From positions 1,888,001 to 1,952,000 of the forward strand of contig OY761556.1 of NCBI GenBank assembly GCA_963664705.1: a stretch of 64,000 nt of DNA, given 5' to 3'. The position numbers and the translations under genes are program-made. A model generated the notes under the pieces. That model was not told where the DNA came from and searched no databases. It saw nothing but the letters and a program-made list of their open reading frames with translations. The first letter of the stretch is position 1; each line of letters begins with the position of its first letter. Below are positions 13,089-22,304 of the stretch, in pieces. The DNA comes from Acidobacteriota bacterium (GTDB lineage: Bacteria; Acidobacteriota; UBA6911).

Positions 13089-13919
13089 TTACTGTTGACG
13101 ATCAACAGTTGAATGGTTTCTGATGAAATAGGCGCAAATCTCTTTGAGAAGAGACGCTATCGTGCTTTCTCCCGGTACGATCTCCGCACGCTTGCCAAAT
13201 GATTCAAGCGTACCTCCCGTAACAGGTCCAAGAACAGCCACAACAGTTTTCAGAAGGATACTATTTCCATCTTCAGGACCCAGAATGTCAATCATATTCC
13301 GTACGGTGGAGGAACTAGTGAAAACAAACAGATCGGGAGGCATTCCTTTCAGACGGACAATCAGGTCTTCGTCTGTCTGCGGTTTTACATTCCGGTAGCA
13401 GGGTACAACATCCACCTGTGCGCCTGCGGCATTCAGTGCAGCAGGGATTACATCGCGTCCTTCCCTGGCTCGCGGGATCAGGAAATGCTGACCTGAGAGG
13501 GGATGGCATCCGCCGGCATATTTCTTAAGGGAATCCACAACCCCCTCTGCAATAAATGCTTCCGGTATAAGCGAGACGGCGTAGCCGGCTTCGTTCAGTG
13601 CCCTGGCAGTGCCAGGCCCGATAGCGCAGATTTTGGGGAGAGGTGTGAATCGGGAGTGCCGGAGGCCAAGATGCTGCAGAAAAAAACGAACACCATGGGC
13701 GCTGGTGAAAACGATCCAATCATAGGTGTTAAGGGATTTGATCGCCTTGTCCAGCAGAGAAGTGTCTTCCAGGGCCTGAAGCTCGATGACTGGAACCGGT
13801 AGAACGCGGGCCCCGAGTTGTTCGAGCCCTCCGGACAGTTCCTCGAGCTTCGTCTTGCTGCAGGCAATTGCAGCCGTAAGTCCCAGCAGTGGTTTATGCG
13901 GATCGAAGGAAGAATCCAT
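13089..13919 (-). CDS. hemD: Uroporphyrinogen-III synthase
   Basis: YDWIVFTSAHGV, AIGPGTA, FTSSSTVRN; follows hemC. Confidence 0.92.
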   Translation of the reverse strand: MDSSFDPHKPLLGLTAAIACSKTKLEELSGGLEQLGARVLPVPVIELQALEDTSLLDKAIKSLNTYDWIVFTSAHGVRFFLQHLGLRHSRFTPLPKICAIGPGTARALNEAGYAVSLIPEAFIAEGVVDSLKKYAGGCHPLSGQHFLIPRAREGRDVIPAALNAAGAQVDVVPCYRNVKPQTDEDLIVRLKGMPPDLFVFTSSSTVRNMIDILGPEDGNSILLKTVVAVLGPVTGGTLESFGKRAEIVPGESTIASLLKEICAYFIRNHSTVDRQQ

Positions 13920-13972
13920 AGAAAGCCAATAAAGCCTCTATTCGAGCTGTTGCATGAAGCGCGCGGGTGCAA

Positions 13973-14908
13973 TCACAGCGCATCCAGAATGGCGCGCCCT
14001 CCGCGCTCAAGAATGCGATCGGCCAGGGCGCGCACGGCGTCATTGGCCATTTCCGAGCGCTGCCACACGGACTCCGCGATAACAGTCTTCCCATCAGGAC
14101 TGGCGACCAGCCCGTCTATTTGCATCATGCCAAGGCTGAATCGGGCATAGGCGGCGACCGGAACATTGCATCCGCCTCCCATGTGCTGAAGAAAGAGCCG
14201 TTCGGCAGAAACAGCCGTGGCGGTTGGAATATGATTCAATATCGAGGTGAGAGTAATGGCGTGTTGGTCATCCATCCGCACTTCAATGGCAAGCGCCCCC
14301 TGGCCTGGAGCCGGGAGTATTTCGCTGAACTCAAAGGCGGAGCAGATCTGTCCATTCAGCCCCAGACGATTTAGTCCCGCGCAGGCCAGGACAATAGCAT
14401 CATAGGCGCCTTCGTGAAGCTTCTTAAGGCGCGTGTCCACGTTGCCCCGAATGTCCAGGACTTTAAGATCCGGCCGCATCACCAATAGCTGGGATTGGCG
14501 GCGGATGCTCCCCGTACCCACAATGGACCCGGAGGGAAGTTCTGTCAGTTTCCTGGCCTTATCCGAGATAAATGCGTCCCTGGCATCTTCGCGCTCCGGA
14601 ACTGCCGAGATCGTGAGGCCGGGAGACAGGGAAGTAGGCACATCCTTCATGCTATGGACGGCAATATCAATTTCCTTCTCGATCAATGCCTGTTCCAGCT
14701 CTTTTACGAAAACGCCGACAGATGAGCCGGCGCGTATCGATGCCGTAGGATTCCTGTCCGCAGATGTTTTGATCACCTTGATGGCAATCTGTTCATCAGG
14801 AAATTTTGCGGAGATCTGATCTCGGACCCATCCGGTTTGGGCCAATGCCAATGCGCTTCCGCGGCTGCCGATTGTAATCATATTCAAATCCATGAGGGAT
14901 CCGGACAA
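13973..14908 (-). CDS. hemC: Hydroxymethylbilane synthase (porphobilinogen deaminase)
   Basis: IGSRGSALALAQ, AVHSMKDVP, IRGNVDTRL, PAPGQGAL, GGGCNVP. Confidence 0.97.
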   Translation of the reverse strand: MSGSLMDLNMITIGSRGSALALAQTGWVRDQISAKFPDEQIAIKVIKTSADRNPTASIRAGSSVGVFVKELEQALIEKEIDIAVHSMKDVPTSLSPGLTISAVPEREDARDAFISDKARKLTELPSGSIVGTGSIRRQSQLLVMRPDLKVLDIRGNVDTRLKKLHEGAYDAIVLACAGLNRLGLNGQICSAFEFSEILPAPGQGALAIEVRMDDQHAITLTSILNHIPTATAVSAERLFLQHMGGGCNVPVAAYARFSLGMMQIDGLVASPDGKTVIAESVWQRSEMANDAVRALADRILERGGRAILDAL

Positions 14909-14933
14909 GAGGTCCTTTCCCCTCGGAAGGTTA

Positions 14934-16211
14934 TTACTCTGCGTCTTTGGGCTTAAATGTGCGCTTGATCAAATCCATATAGGCCGCAGATTCATTTTGC
15001 GATCCCTGTTCGCTCCGTAGCTGCACTACCAGTGGATGAGCAATCTTGCCGGCAATGCGCGCGATCATGGCCTCGAGTTCCTGAATCTGCTTGGGCTCCA
15101 TGGCGCCGGTCTTGCGCAGATATCGTTCAAGCTCATTCTTGCATATATCTTCGATGTGTCCCTGAACCTGGCGGACGACGGGGCCAACATCCGGGGATTT
15201 GGCTCTCTTGCAGAAAGTCTGAACTTCCTGCTCAATTATTTTTTCCGCAGTAGCCGCCGCTTTGACTCTCTCATGCTGATTGGCTTCAACCACCGCCCCG
15301 AGATCGTCTATATCGTAGCAAAAGACATTGTCAATTTTTCCGATGCCGGGATCGATGTTTCGGGGAACCGATATGTCGATGAAGGCTATCGGGGCGCCCT
15401 TTCGGTCATGCATCACGCGTTCAACCATGGAACGGTTGATCAGCATATCTGTGGCGGCGGTTGAGGTGATGACAATATCAACCCGACCAATCCACGCATT
15501 CAGTTCCTCAAAAGGCACTGCAATTCCGTTAAACTTCTCCGCCAGGTCTCTTGCCGCCTCCGGGCTGCGATTGGTGACATACAGGGCAACCGCGCCAATC
15601 GCCGCCAGATGATTCACGGCAGCTTCACCCATTTTCCCCGCGCCAACGATCAGAATACTTTTCTTCTGAAGATCGCCGAAAATCTTGCGAACCAGCTCCA
15701 CTGCGGCCGAGCTGACGGAAACCGGGTATTCCCCGATGCTGGTTTCGGAACGGATCCGTTTTGCGATGCGGAAGGCAGACTGGAGCAGCGAATTGAGAAA
15801 ACTTCCCACGGTCTGAGCATCGACCGCGGTGGTATAGCAGGACTTCAACTGTCCAAGAATCTGCGGCTCGCCCAGAATCATGGAATCCAGCGAACATGCA
15901 ACGCGGAAAACATGTCGCACGGCCTGTTCGTCATCATAGCGGTAAAGGGACGATTCCAGTTGCGGCGCCTCGATTCCGCTGTACTCGGAAAGAAAATCCC
16001 GGACCGTGCTGGAGGCTTCCTCATGGGATTCCACACGTGTCAGTATCTCGACCCGGTTGCAGGTCGAGACAATCATGGCTTCTTTGATTCCGGGCCGTCC
16101 CGAAAGGCGCAGCAGCTCTTCAGGCAATTGTTCTGCCTTGAAAGACGCCCGCTGGCGGATATCCACTTTTGCCGTCCGGTGATTCAATCCAACTAATAAC
16201 AGGTTGTACAT
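14934..16211 (-). CDS. hemA: Glutamyl-tRNA reductase
   Basis: GLNHRTA, STCNRVE, SLDSMILGEPQILGQ, GAGKMG, DISVPRNID. Confidence 0.97.
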   Translation of the reverse strand: MYNLLLVGLNHRTAKVDIRQRASFKAEQLPEELLRLSGRPGIKEAMIVSTCNRVEILTRVESHEEASSTVRDFLSEYSGIEAPQLESSLYRYDDEQAVRHVFRVACSLDSMILGEPQILGQLKSCYTTAVDAQTVGSFLNSLLQSAFRIAKRIRSETSIGEYPVSVSSAAVELVRKIFGDLQKKSILIVGAGKMGEAAVNHLAAIGAVALYVTNRSPEAARDLAEKFNGIAVPFEELNAWIGRVDIVITSTAATDMLINRSMVERVMHDRKGAPIAFIDISVPRNIDPGIGKIDNVFCYDIDDLGAVVEANQHERVKAAATAEKIIEQEVQTFCKRAKSPDVGPVVRQVQGHIEDICKNELERYLRKTGAMEPKQIQELEAMIARIAGKIAHPLVVQLRSEQGSQNESAAYMDLIKRTFKPKDAE

Positions 16212-16298
16212 CTACAACTCACACCTTAATAGTTGCCTGCGCCCACGATGCGGAAGGTGAACCAAGTAGACTCCGCCGGGCGCCTCATTCAACACTCT

Positions 16299-17099
16299 TT
16301 ACAAATATGTATGCAGTCCCCAGTTAACCCCGAAGGTAAACAGGGTAGATACAAAACCAATGATACTGATATACGAGGCTCGCCGACCACGCCATTTTGT
16401 GGACAATCGATAGTAGACGAGAAAAAGATAAATGGCCCAAGTAATCAATGACGCAGTTTCCTTGGGATCCCAGCTCCAGAAACTTCCCCAGGCCTGCTGT
16501 GCCCAGATCGCTCCCGAAATGATGGTCAGACTCATCAGAAAAAAACCCGCGAACAGCGAGCGCCGAAGCAGTTCGTCGCATACCTGAAGGGAGGGGAGTC
16601 GGAAATAGAGAAAGCGGAAGTTCTTGTCCTTCAGTTCTTTTTCCTGGATGAGATACATGATTCCGGAAACAAATGTCAGGAAAAACGCAGAGTAGGAGAG
16701 GAACGCCACCGTGACATGAAAATGTACCCACGCGCTGTTCAGCGGCGCCGGGATAGCGTGGTTATCCTCCCAAATCAGCTGGGAAATGATCGTGAGCAGG
16801 GAGACCAGGGGCAGAATAAATGCGCCAAGGACATTGATCTTGTAGCGAAGGTTCGCAATCATGAAGATCAGCGATATGCACCAGGCGAAAAAGCAAAGGG
16901 ATTCCGGCAGATTTGTAATAGGAAAGTGACGTCGCTGAACGCTCAATACGATGAGAGAGACGGTATGGAAGACGAAGCCGCCCGCAACCATCCCGAGCGC
17001 AATTCGGACGAAAATTTCCCGTTTTTGAAAAAAGCCGAAAATGGAGTGGAGCAAGCCCAACCCATAAAGCCCAATTGTAACTGTAAGTGTCCAACCCAT
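16299..17099 (-). CDS. ccsA: Cytochrome c biogenesis protein CcsA family
   Basis: WWD domain GAIWAQQAWGSFWSWDPKE; multiple TM segments. Confidence 0.9.
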   Translation of the reverse strand: MGWTLTVTIGLYGLGLLHSIFGFFQKREIFVRIALGMVAGGFVFHTVSLIVLSVQRRHFPITNLPESLCFFAWCISLIFMIANLRYKINVLGAFILPLVSLLTIISQLIWEDNHAIPAPLNSAWVHFHVTVAFLSYSAFFLTFVSGIMYLIQEKELKDKNFRFLYFRLPSLQVCDELLRRSLFAGFFLMSLTIISGAIWAQQAWGSFWSWDPKETASLITWAIYLFLVYYRLSTKWRGRRASYISIIGFVSTLFTFGVNWGLHTYL

Positions 17100-17280
17100 A
17101 TATTTAGCCTAAGAAGTGAAAATACTATCATTTGCATGGAACTGCGGCAAGGTCGTCGCCATCAGCGATCTGAATTGCAGCCGCACAGGCCGCGTCCGGC
17201 AAAAATGTCCGTACACCGACAAGCTGGTAGGTGCCGGGCTGATCCCATGATATATTGAAGCATTTTAGCGAGAACGGACT

Positions 17281-17976
17281 GTGGACTTTCTTCGGAACAT
17301 TGATTTGGGCATCATTGCCATTCAATTTGCGGTGTTGCTCTTCTCTTTAAGCCTGCACGAGGCTGCGCATGCCTGGATGGCAGACAGGCTTGGAGACTAC
17401 ACAGCGCGATATCTCGGACGTGTAACCCTGAATCCGCTCCCCCACATTGACCCTTTTGGAACAATTCTGTTCCCCTTGCTGCAGTTCTTTGTTCACTTTC
17501 CGCTGATCGGGTGGGCAAAACCTGTTCCCGTGAATACGGCGCATTTGCGGAATCCGCGCAAAGACCACATTTTTATCTCGATCGCGGGCCCATGCTCCAA
17601 CCTTCTTGCCGGCGGTATTGCCTTTATCCTTCTTGTCGTGGTCAAGCTTAGCGTGCCTCAAGCGCATGAAATGATTGAGAATATGACCGTTTTCGGGCGC
17701 GTGGCGGCGCCGCATTCGGTGCTGGCTCCTATCCTGATGATTTTGTGGTATGCGATGATTATCAATCTGCTTCTGGCGTTTTTTAACATCATCCCGATTC
17801 CGCCGCTGGATGGTCATTGGGTCCTGTATGGGCTTCTTCCTCCGAATGCGGCGGCAGCTTTTGAGCGCATGGGATCCTATGGATTCATTATCTTGTACGT
17901 GCTGATGTATATGGGTACGCTTCGATTCATCACCATTCCGGTTAAGCTGGTAATCGGACTGTTGCATTCATTTTAG
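17281..17976 (+). CDS. Site-2 protease family (M50) membrane metalloprotease
   Basis: HEAAH, AGPCSN, FNIIPIPPLDG. Confidence 0.93.
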   Translation: MDFLRNIDLGIIAIQFAVLLFSLSLHEAAHAWMADRLGDYTARYLGRVTLNPLPHIDPFGTILFPLLQFFVHFPLIGWAKPVPVNTAHLRNPRKDHIFISIAGPCSNLLAGGIAFILLVVVKLSVPQAHEMIENMTVFGRVAAPHSVLAPILMILWYAMIINLLLAFFNIIPIPPLDGHWVLYGLLPPNAAAAFERMGSYGFIILYVLMYMGTLRFITIPVKLVIGLLHSF

Positions 17977-17978
17977 GG

Positions 17979-18761
17979 TTGATCCGAATGGAAAGCGGCG
18001 AAAACACCGAAACCCCCAATCAGGAATTCCAATCTCAAACCGAGGGATCGGGAATTACGATCCGTCTGGAAGCGTTTGAGGGACCGCTCGACCTGCTCCT
18101 TCACTTGATCAAGAAGGAAGAGATCGATATCTGGAATATCCCGATTGCACATATTACCGAGCAGTACCTGCAATATCTTCAGATCATGACGGATCTGAAC
18201 ATCAACCTGGCAGGCGAATGGGTGGTAATGGCCGCTTCGCTGATCTATATCAAATCCCGCATGCTGGTCCCCCAGGAGAAAACGAACGAAGCGCAAGCCG
18301 AGGAGGAGGATCCCCGGAACGAACTGGTCTATCAGTTGCTCGAGCATCAGAAATTCAAAAATGCCGCGGAAATGCTCTATACGCGCGAAGAGGTTGAAAA
18401 CGCTATCTGGAACAAACCTCCGCCGGATATTCTTGAAGAAGGCAATGAAGTGGTCTCCGTCACCTTGTTCGACCTTCTGCAGGCATTCAACGAAGTCGTC
18501 AAGCGCTTTGACTCTCAGCGGGTCATGGAGGTGAATCAGGAGGAAGTGACGATTGAGCAGAAGATCTCGGAGATACGCACCATTTTCCTGGTCAAAGATA
18601 AAATGCTCTTTTCCACCTTCTTCGCAGAGGCGCGATCCAAGCGGCATCTGATTGTCATCTTCCTGGCGTTGCTCGAACTGGTACGGTTGCACGAAGTCTT
18701 CCTGCTTCAAAAGAAGGCTTTTGAGGAAATTCAAATCTGCAAAGCGAAGGAATCAGCATAG
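17979..18761 (+). CDS. scpA: Segregation and condensation protein A
   Basis: FEGPLDLLLHLI, C-terminal FLALLELVR. Confidence 0.95.
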   Translation: MIRMESGENTETPNQEFQSQTEGSGITIRLEAFEGPLDLLLHLIKKEEIDIWNIPIAHITEQYLQYLQIMTDLNINLAGEWVVMAASLIYIKSRMLVPQEKTNEAQAEEEDPRNELVYQLLEHQKFKNAAEMLYTREEVENAIWNKPPPDILEEGNEVVSVTLFDLLQAFNEVVKRFDSQRVMEVNQEEVTIEQKISEIRTIFLVKDKMLFSTFFAEARSKRHLIVIFLALLELVRLHEVFLLQKKAFEEIQICKAKESA

Positions 18762-18764
18762 CCT

Positions 18765-19304
18765 ATGGACATTGTCGAGATGCAGGCCATCATGGAAGCG
18801 GTCATCTATGTTGCCGATGACCCTGTAAAATCGGACCAGTTTAAAGAGGTGTTTCCGGACGAGACGATGGAGACCCTGGAACAGGCCTTGAAAGGCATGG
18901 TGGAGAATTTCAATGCGCGCCCCGGCGGCATGATGATTCGCGAAGTTGCCGGCGGATACCGAATGACGACGCGGCCGGAGCACCATGAGCAGATTCGCGC
19001 CTATCTCAAGACAAGGCCGAACGCCAAGCTATCGATGGCAGCGCTCGAAACGCTCGCGGTTATTGCCTACAAACAACCGATAACACTGGCTGAGATTCTT
19101 GCGATTCGCGGAAAAAAATCCTCGACGGCCCTCCAAACCCTTTTGGAGCGAAAACTGGTATCGATCCAGGGCCGCAAACCTGTGGTCGGGCGCCCCATTC
19201 TTTATGGTACGTCCAAGGAATTCCTGGTTCACTTTGGATTGAATAATCTTTCCGATCTGCCCACCCTGGAGGAATTCTCCCAGCTGGCCGGCGAGCAGCT
19301 ATAA
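18765..19304 (+). CDS. scpB: Segregation and condensation protein B
   Basis: LSMAALETLAVIAYKQPIT, GRPILYGTSKEFL, LSDLP. Confidence 0.95.
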   Translation: MDIVEMQAIMEAVIYVADDPVKSDQFKEVFPDETMETLEQALKGMVENFNARPGGMMIREVAGGYRMTTRPEHHEQIRAYLKTRPNAKLSMAALETLAVIAYKQPITLAEILAIRGKKSSTALQTLLERKLVSIQGRKPVVGRPILYGTSKEFLVHFGLNNLSDLPTLEEFSQLAGEQL

Positions 19305-19308
19305 AGCT

Positions 19309-20046
19309 ATGGACGGGCAGGAACGGCTTCAAAAAATCATTGCTGCTGCAGGTATCGCATCCAGAAGAAAAGCGGAACAGCTTATTCAGGAGGGACGCGT
19401 TACAGTCAATGGCCGGATAGTCATTGAGCTGGGAGCAAAAGCTGACCCGGCGCAGGATTACATCAAAGTCGACGGCAAACTTCTCCGCCGCGAGATCGAA
19501 AAAATTTACATCCTTCTGAACAAGCCCCGGGAGGTTATCTGTTCCGTCTCCGATCCGGAAGGACGGGTCAAGGTTACAGACCTTGTGAATAAAAGCAAGA
19601 TTTACCCGGTTGGGCGTTTGGATTACAACACGGAAGGGCTGATCCTGCTAACCAATGATGGCGAATTCTCCAAAATCGTCTCATCGGCAGGCAAACACTT
19701 ATCCAAGGTGTATGAGGTCAAGGTTCGGTCCACTCCTACAGCGGGGGAAATGGCTCGTCTGAGGGAGGGAATTCGAATGAAGACCGGGGAAAAACTGGCA
19801 CCCTGCCGTATCACCCCGATCAAAGAAAGCGCGAACAGCTGGTACGAAGTGATCCTGACTCAAGGCAAAAACCGTCAGATTCGTGAGATGTTCGAATCGA
19901 TCGGACACCCGGTTGTAAAGCTAAGACGGACGCGCATCGGATTTCTTACGGATCATGGGTTAGCCGTGGGAAAATACCGCAACCTCACGGGTATGGAAGT
20001 TCAGCGCATCCTGCAATTGGGGGCCAGAACTCGCAGCAGCAAGTAG
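19309..20046 (+). CDS. rluB: rRNA pseudouridine synthase (RluB/RsuA family)
   Basis: S4 domain ERLQKIIA..GIASRR; VGRLDYNTEGLILLTNDG; scpAB-rluB synteny. Confidence 0.9.
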   Translation: MDGQERLQKIIAAAGIASRRKAEQLIQEGRVTVNGRIVIELGAKADPAQDYIKVDGKLLRREIEKIYILLNKPREVICSVSDPEGRVKVTDLVNKSKIYPVGRLDYNTEGLILLTNDGEFSKIVSSAGKHLSKVYEVKVRSTPTAGEMARLREGIRMKTGEKLAPCRITPIKESANSWYEVILTQGKNRQIREMFESIGHPVVKLRRTRIGFLTDHGLAVGKYRNLTGMEVQRILQLGARTRSSK

Positions 20047-20136
20047 GGCAATTGCCGGTATCGGCAATGTCCTTCATCTGTCGAGTAGGCCGGGAACATT
20101 TTTCGGGTTATATTTACTAGGATTACAGGAGCGAAC

Positions 20137-20790
20137 GTGTTCACTGGAATCATCGAGGAAGTTGGACTCATCCAAGAGCTGCGTTTCGCGTCTCAGGGTG
20201 CGGTTATAACCGTATCGGCGGAAAAGTGTACGACAGGCTTGAAGATCGGTGACTCCATTGCGGTGAACGGGGTCTGCCTTACCGCCACTCGAATCGGGAG
20301 CGGATTTTTCCTGGCCGATATCTCGGCGGAAACCCTTCGCATCAGCAGCTTCAAGCAGCTAAAACAAGGCAATCGGGTCAACCTGGAGCGGGCATTGATG
20401 GTGGGGGACCGCCTGGGTGGACACATCATGCAAGGGCATGTCGATGGAGTCGGAAGGCTTGTTTCCAAAGCGCGCAGCGGGGAAGGCTGGGAGGTTACGT
20501 TTGACTTTCCGCGCGAGCTTGAACGCTACATGGTATATAAGGGGTCCATCTCGGTAAATGGCATCAGTCTGACCCTTGCTTCGCTGTCCAAGGGACTCTT
20601 TTCCGTGGCAGTGATTCCGCACACTTTTGAGGCCACCAACCTGAATCTATTAATGGCCGGAGATCTCGTAAATCTGGAAGTCGACATACTCGGTAAGTAC
20701 TTTGAGAGATTTTTCCAGCTTGGAATTACCTCCAACGAGAGGGGCGGGGCGCGAATGACGCCTGAATATCTAAAGGAACAGGGGTTCTAA
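20137..20790 (+). CDS. ribE: Riboflavin synthase (alpha chain)
   Basis: MFTGIIEE, GDSIAVNGVCLT, VNLERA, GGHIMQGHVD. Confidence 0.96.
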   Translation: MFTGIIEEVGLIQELRFASQGAVITVSAEKCTTGLKIGDSIAVNGVCLTATRIGSGFFLADISAETLRISSFKQLKQGNRVNLERALMVGDRLGGHIMQGHVDGVGRLVSKARSGEGWEVTFDFPRELERYMVYKGSISVNGISLTLASLSKGLFSVAVIPHTFEATNLNLLMAGDLVNLEVDILGKYFERFFQLGITSNERGGARMTPEYLKEQGF

Positions 20791-20791
20791 T

Positions 20792-21421
20792 ATGCGCTTT
20801 CTGCAATGCGCAATTGCTTTTTGCATGCTATTGCCCACCTGTCTGCGGGCAGAATCCCCCCTTCCTGCTTTTGGGCGGGATACAGTTCTGGTCTGGAATG
20901 ATAAGAACCAGGACTACAGCGCCGAGTTCGTGGTACGGATTGCCGAATTTCTCCCCGATCGATATGTCGAATGGGAAGATGCCAAAACACAGGGCACTAT
21001 CTTTATGCCCAGCCGTGACATCAGTTCGGCAAAGGGATTTGTGGGCGCCAACCTCTTTCAGTCAGGAACAGATACCAAAGGAAAGGACACCACCACGCTG
21101 TGGTTGAGCCAACGCCTTTTCGAAGATCTGAAAAACAAGAAGAAGCTCAAATGCAACCTCGATGGCGTCGCCGCAACGCTGACGTATCAGGGAGAAGGCG
21201 AACTGGAGGTCGAGGTAAATCGCGTGCCGCAGCGCCTGCCCGTCATCAAAGTAGCTGATGATCGTGGCTCAGAACGATGGTTTCTGGACCGCCCGGATAA
21301 TCCGCTCATGCTGAAACTCATCGTGCGCAGCTATTCCCAGGTGCTGACAAGCATTACCACGGATCGACCCAATACGCTGCGCTGGATAAAAGGGAAGAAG
21401 CTCAATAACCTGCCGCAATAG
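20792..21421 (+). CDS. Hypothetical exported protein
   Basis: Starts 1 nt after ribE; signal-peptide-like N-terminus. Confidence 0.75.
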   Translation: MRFLQCAIAFCMLLPTCLRAESPLPAFGRDTVLVWNDKNQDYSAEFVVRIAEFLPDRYVEWEDAKTQGTIFMPSRDISSAKGFVGANLFQSGTDTKGKDTTTLWLSQRLFEDLKNKKKLKCNLDGVAATLTYQGEGELEVEVNRVPQRLPVIKVADDRGSERWFLDRPDNPLMLKLIVRSYSQVLTSITTDRPNTLRWIKGKKLNNLPQ

Positions 21422-21485
21422 TTTTTCCGGGCGCAAAAACCTCTCCTGCGCTCTTAGGTTCAAAAATGCGCTATATGCGATCAGA

Positions 21486-22196
21486 TCAGATTCCGTCGGG
21501 AGGTAATGCGGAGGCGATGGCTTCACGCGTGAGTTGAACGAGGTCATTGCGTTCCTCGGTGGTCATTCCTGTGGTCGCGATGGGATCATGGAATATGACC
21601 TCCACGCGTCCCGGCCTTATCGCATATTTGCCCGGCGGATTGATTTTTGAGCTATTGAGAATTGTGATAGGGACAATCGGAGCCTGTGCCTTAATGGCCA
21701 TCAGAAAAACTCCCTTTTTGAAATCTCCGAGGCGACCATCCCGGCTTCGCGTCCCTTCAGGAAAAGCGACAAAATCTCTCCCCTGCATTAGAAGCCTGGC
21801 TCCCATTTCGATGCCGGCATGCGCATCCTTTGCATTGGTACGCTCGATGGGTACAAATTGAACCTTTTTGAGAACCAGGGAAAAAACAGGAAGGCTCATC
21901 ATTTCTTTTTTGATCAGAGCGCTCCAATCTCGCGGGATGGCATGCAAGAGCACGGGGCCATCAAAATTACCCTGATGGTTTGAGAGAAAGACATAGGTCA
22001 CGCCAGGAAGGATCTTCTCGATCCCCCGGATCGTGACTCGAACGCTGCATAGCAGGCCGGCCACGCGAACGCAAAAGCGCGCGAGAGTATGGACCAGAGC
22101 GTTGTTTCCGGACAGAGCAGTCCAAAGAATTCCAATTGGACCACAAATCAGGATGAAGAGTCCCACAAACAGGTATACCAGCGACGCTCGAATCAT
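21486..22196 (-). CDS. plsC: 1-acyl-sn-glycerol-3-phosphate acyltransferase
   Basis: NHQGNFD (HX4D) and FPEGTRS. Confidence 0.9.
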   Translation of the reverse strand: MIRASLVYLFVGLFILICGPIGILWTALSGNNALVHTLARFCVRVAGLLCSVRVTIRGIEKILPGVTYVFLSNHQGNFDGPVLLHAIPRDWSALIKKEMMSLPVFSLVLKKVQFVPIERTNAKDAHAGIEMGARLLMQGRDFVAFPEGTRSRDGRLGDFKKGVFLMAIKAQAPIVPITILNSSKINPPGKYAIRPGRVEVIFHDPIATTGMTTEERNDLVQLTREAIASALPPDGI

Positions 22197-22220
22197 AGGC
22201 GCATGATTTTTAGGAAGAAG

Positions 22221-22248
22221 CCAGAAGTAAGAAGTCAGGAGACAGAAG
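22221..22248 (+). repeat. Heptamer tandem repeat (nCAGAAG-like x4)
   Basis: CCAGAAG TAAGAAG TCAGGAG ACAGAAG; same unit as 37402-37428. Confidence 0.55.
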
Positions 22249-22304
22249 AAAAATGCTTACTCCTGTCTCCCCATGATCAACAAAATCCGCATAATCGTAA
22301 ATCG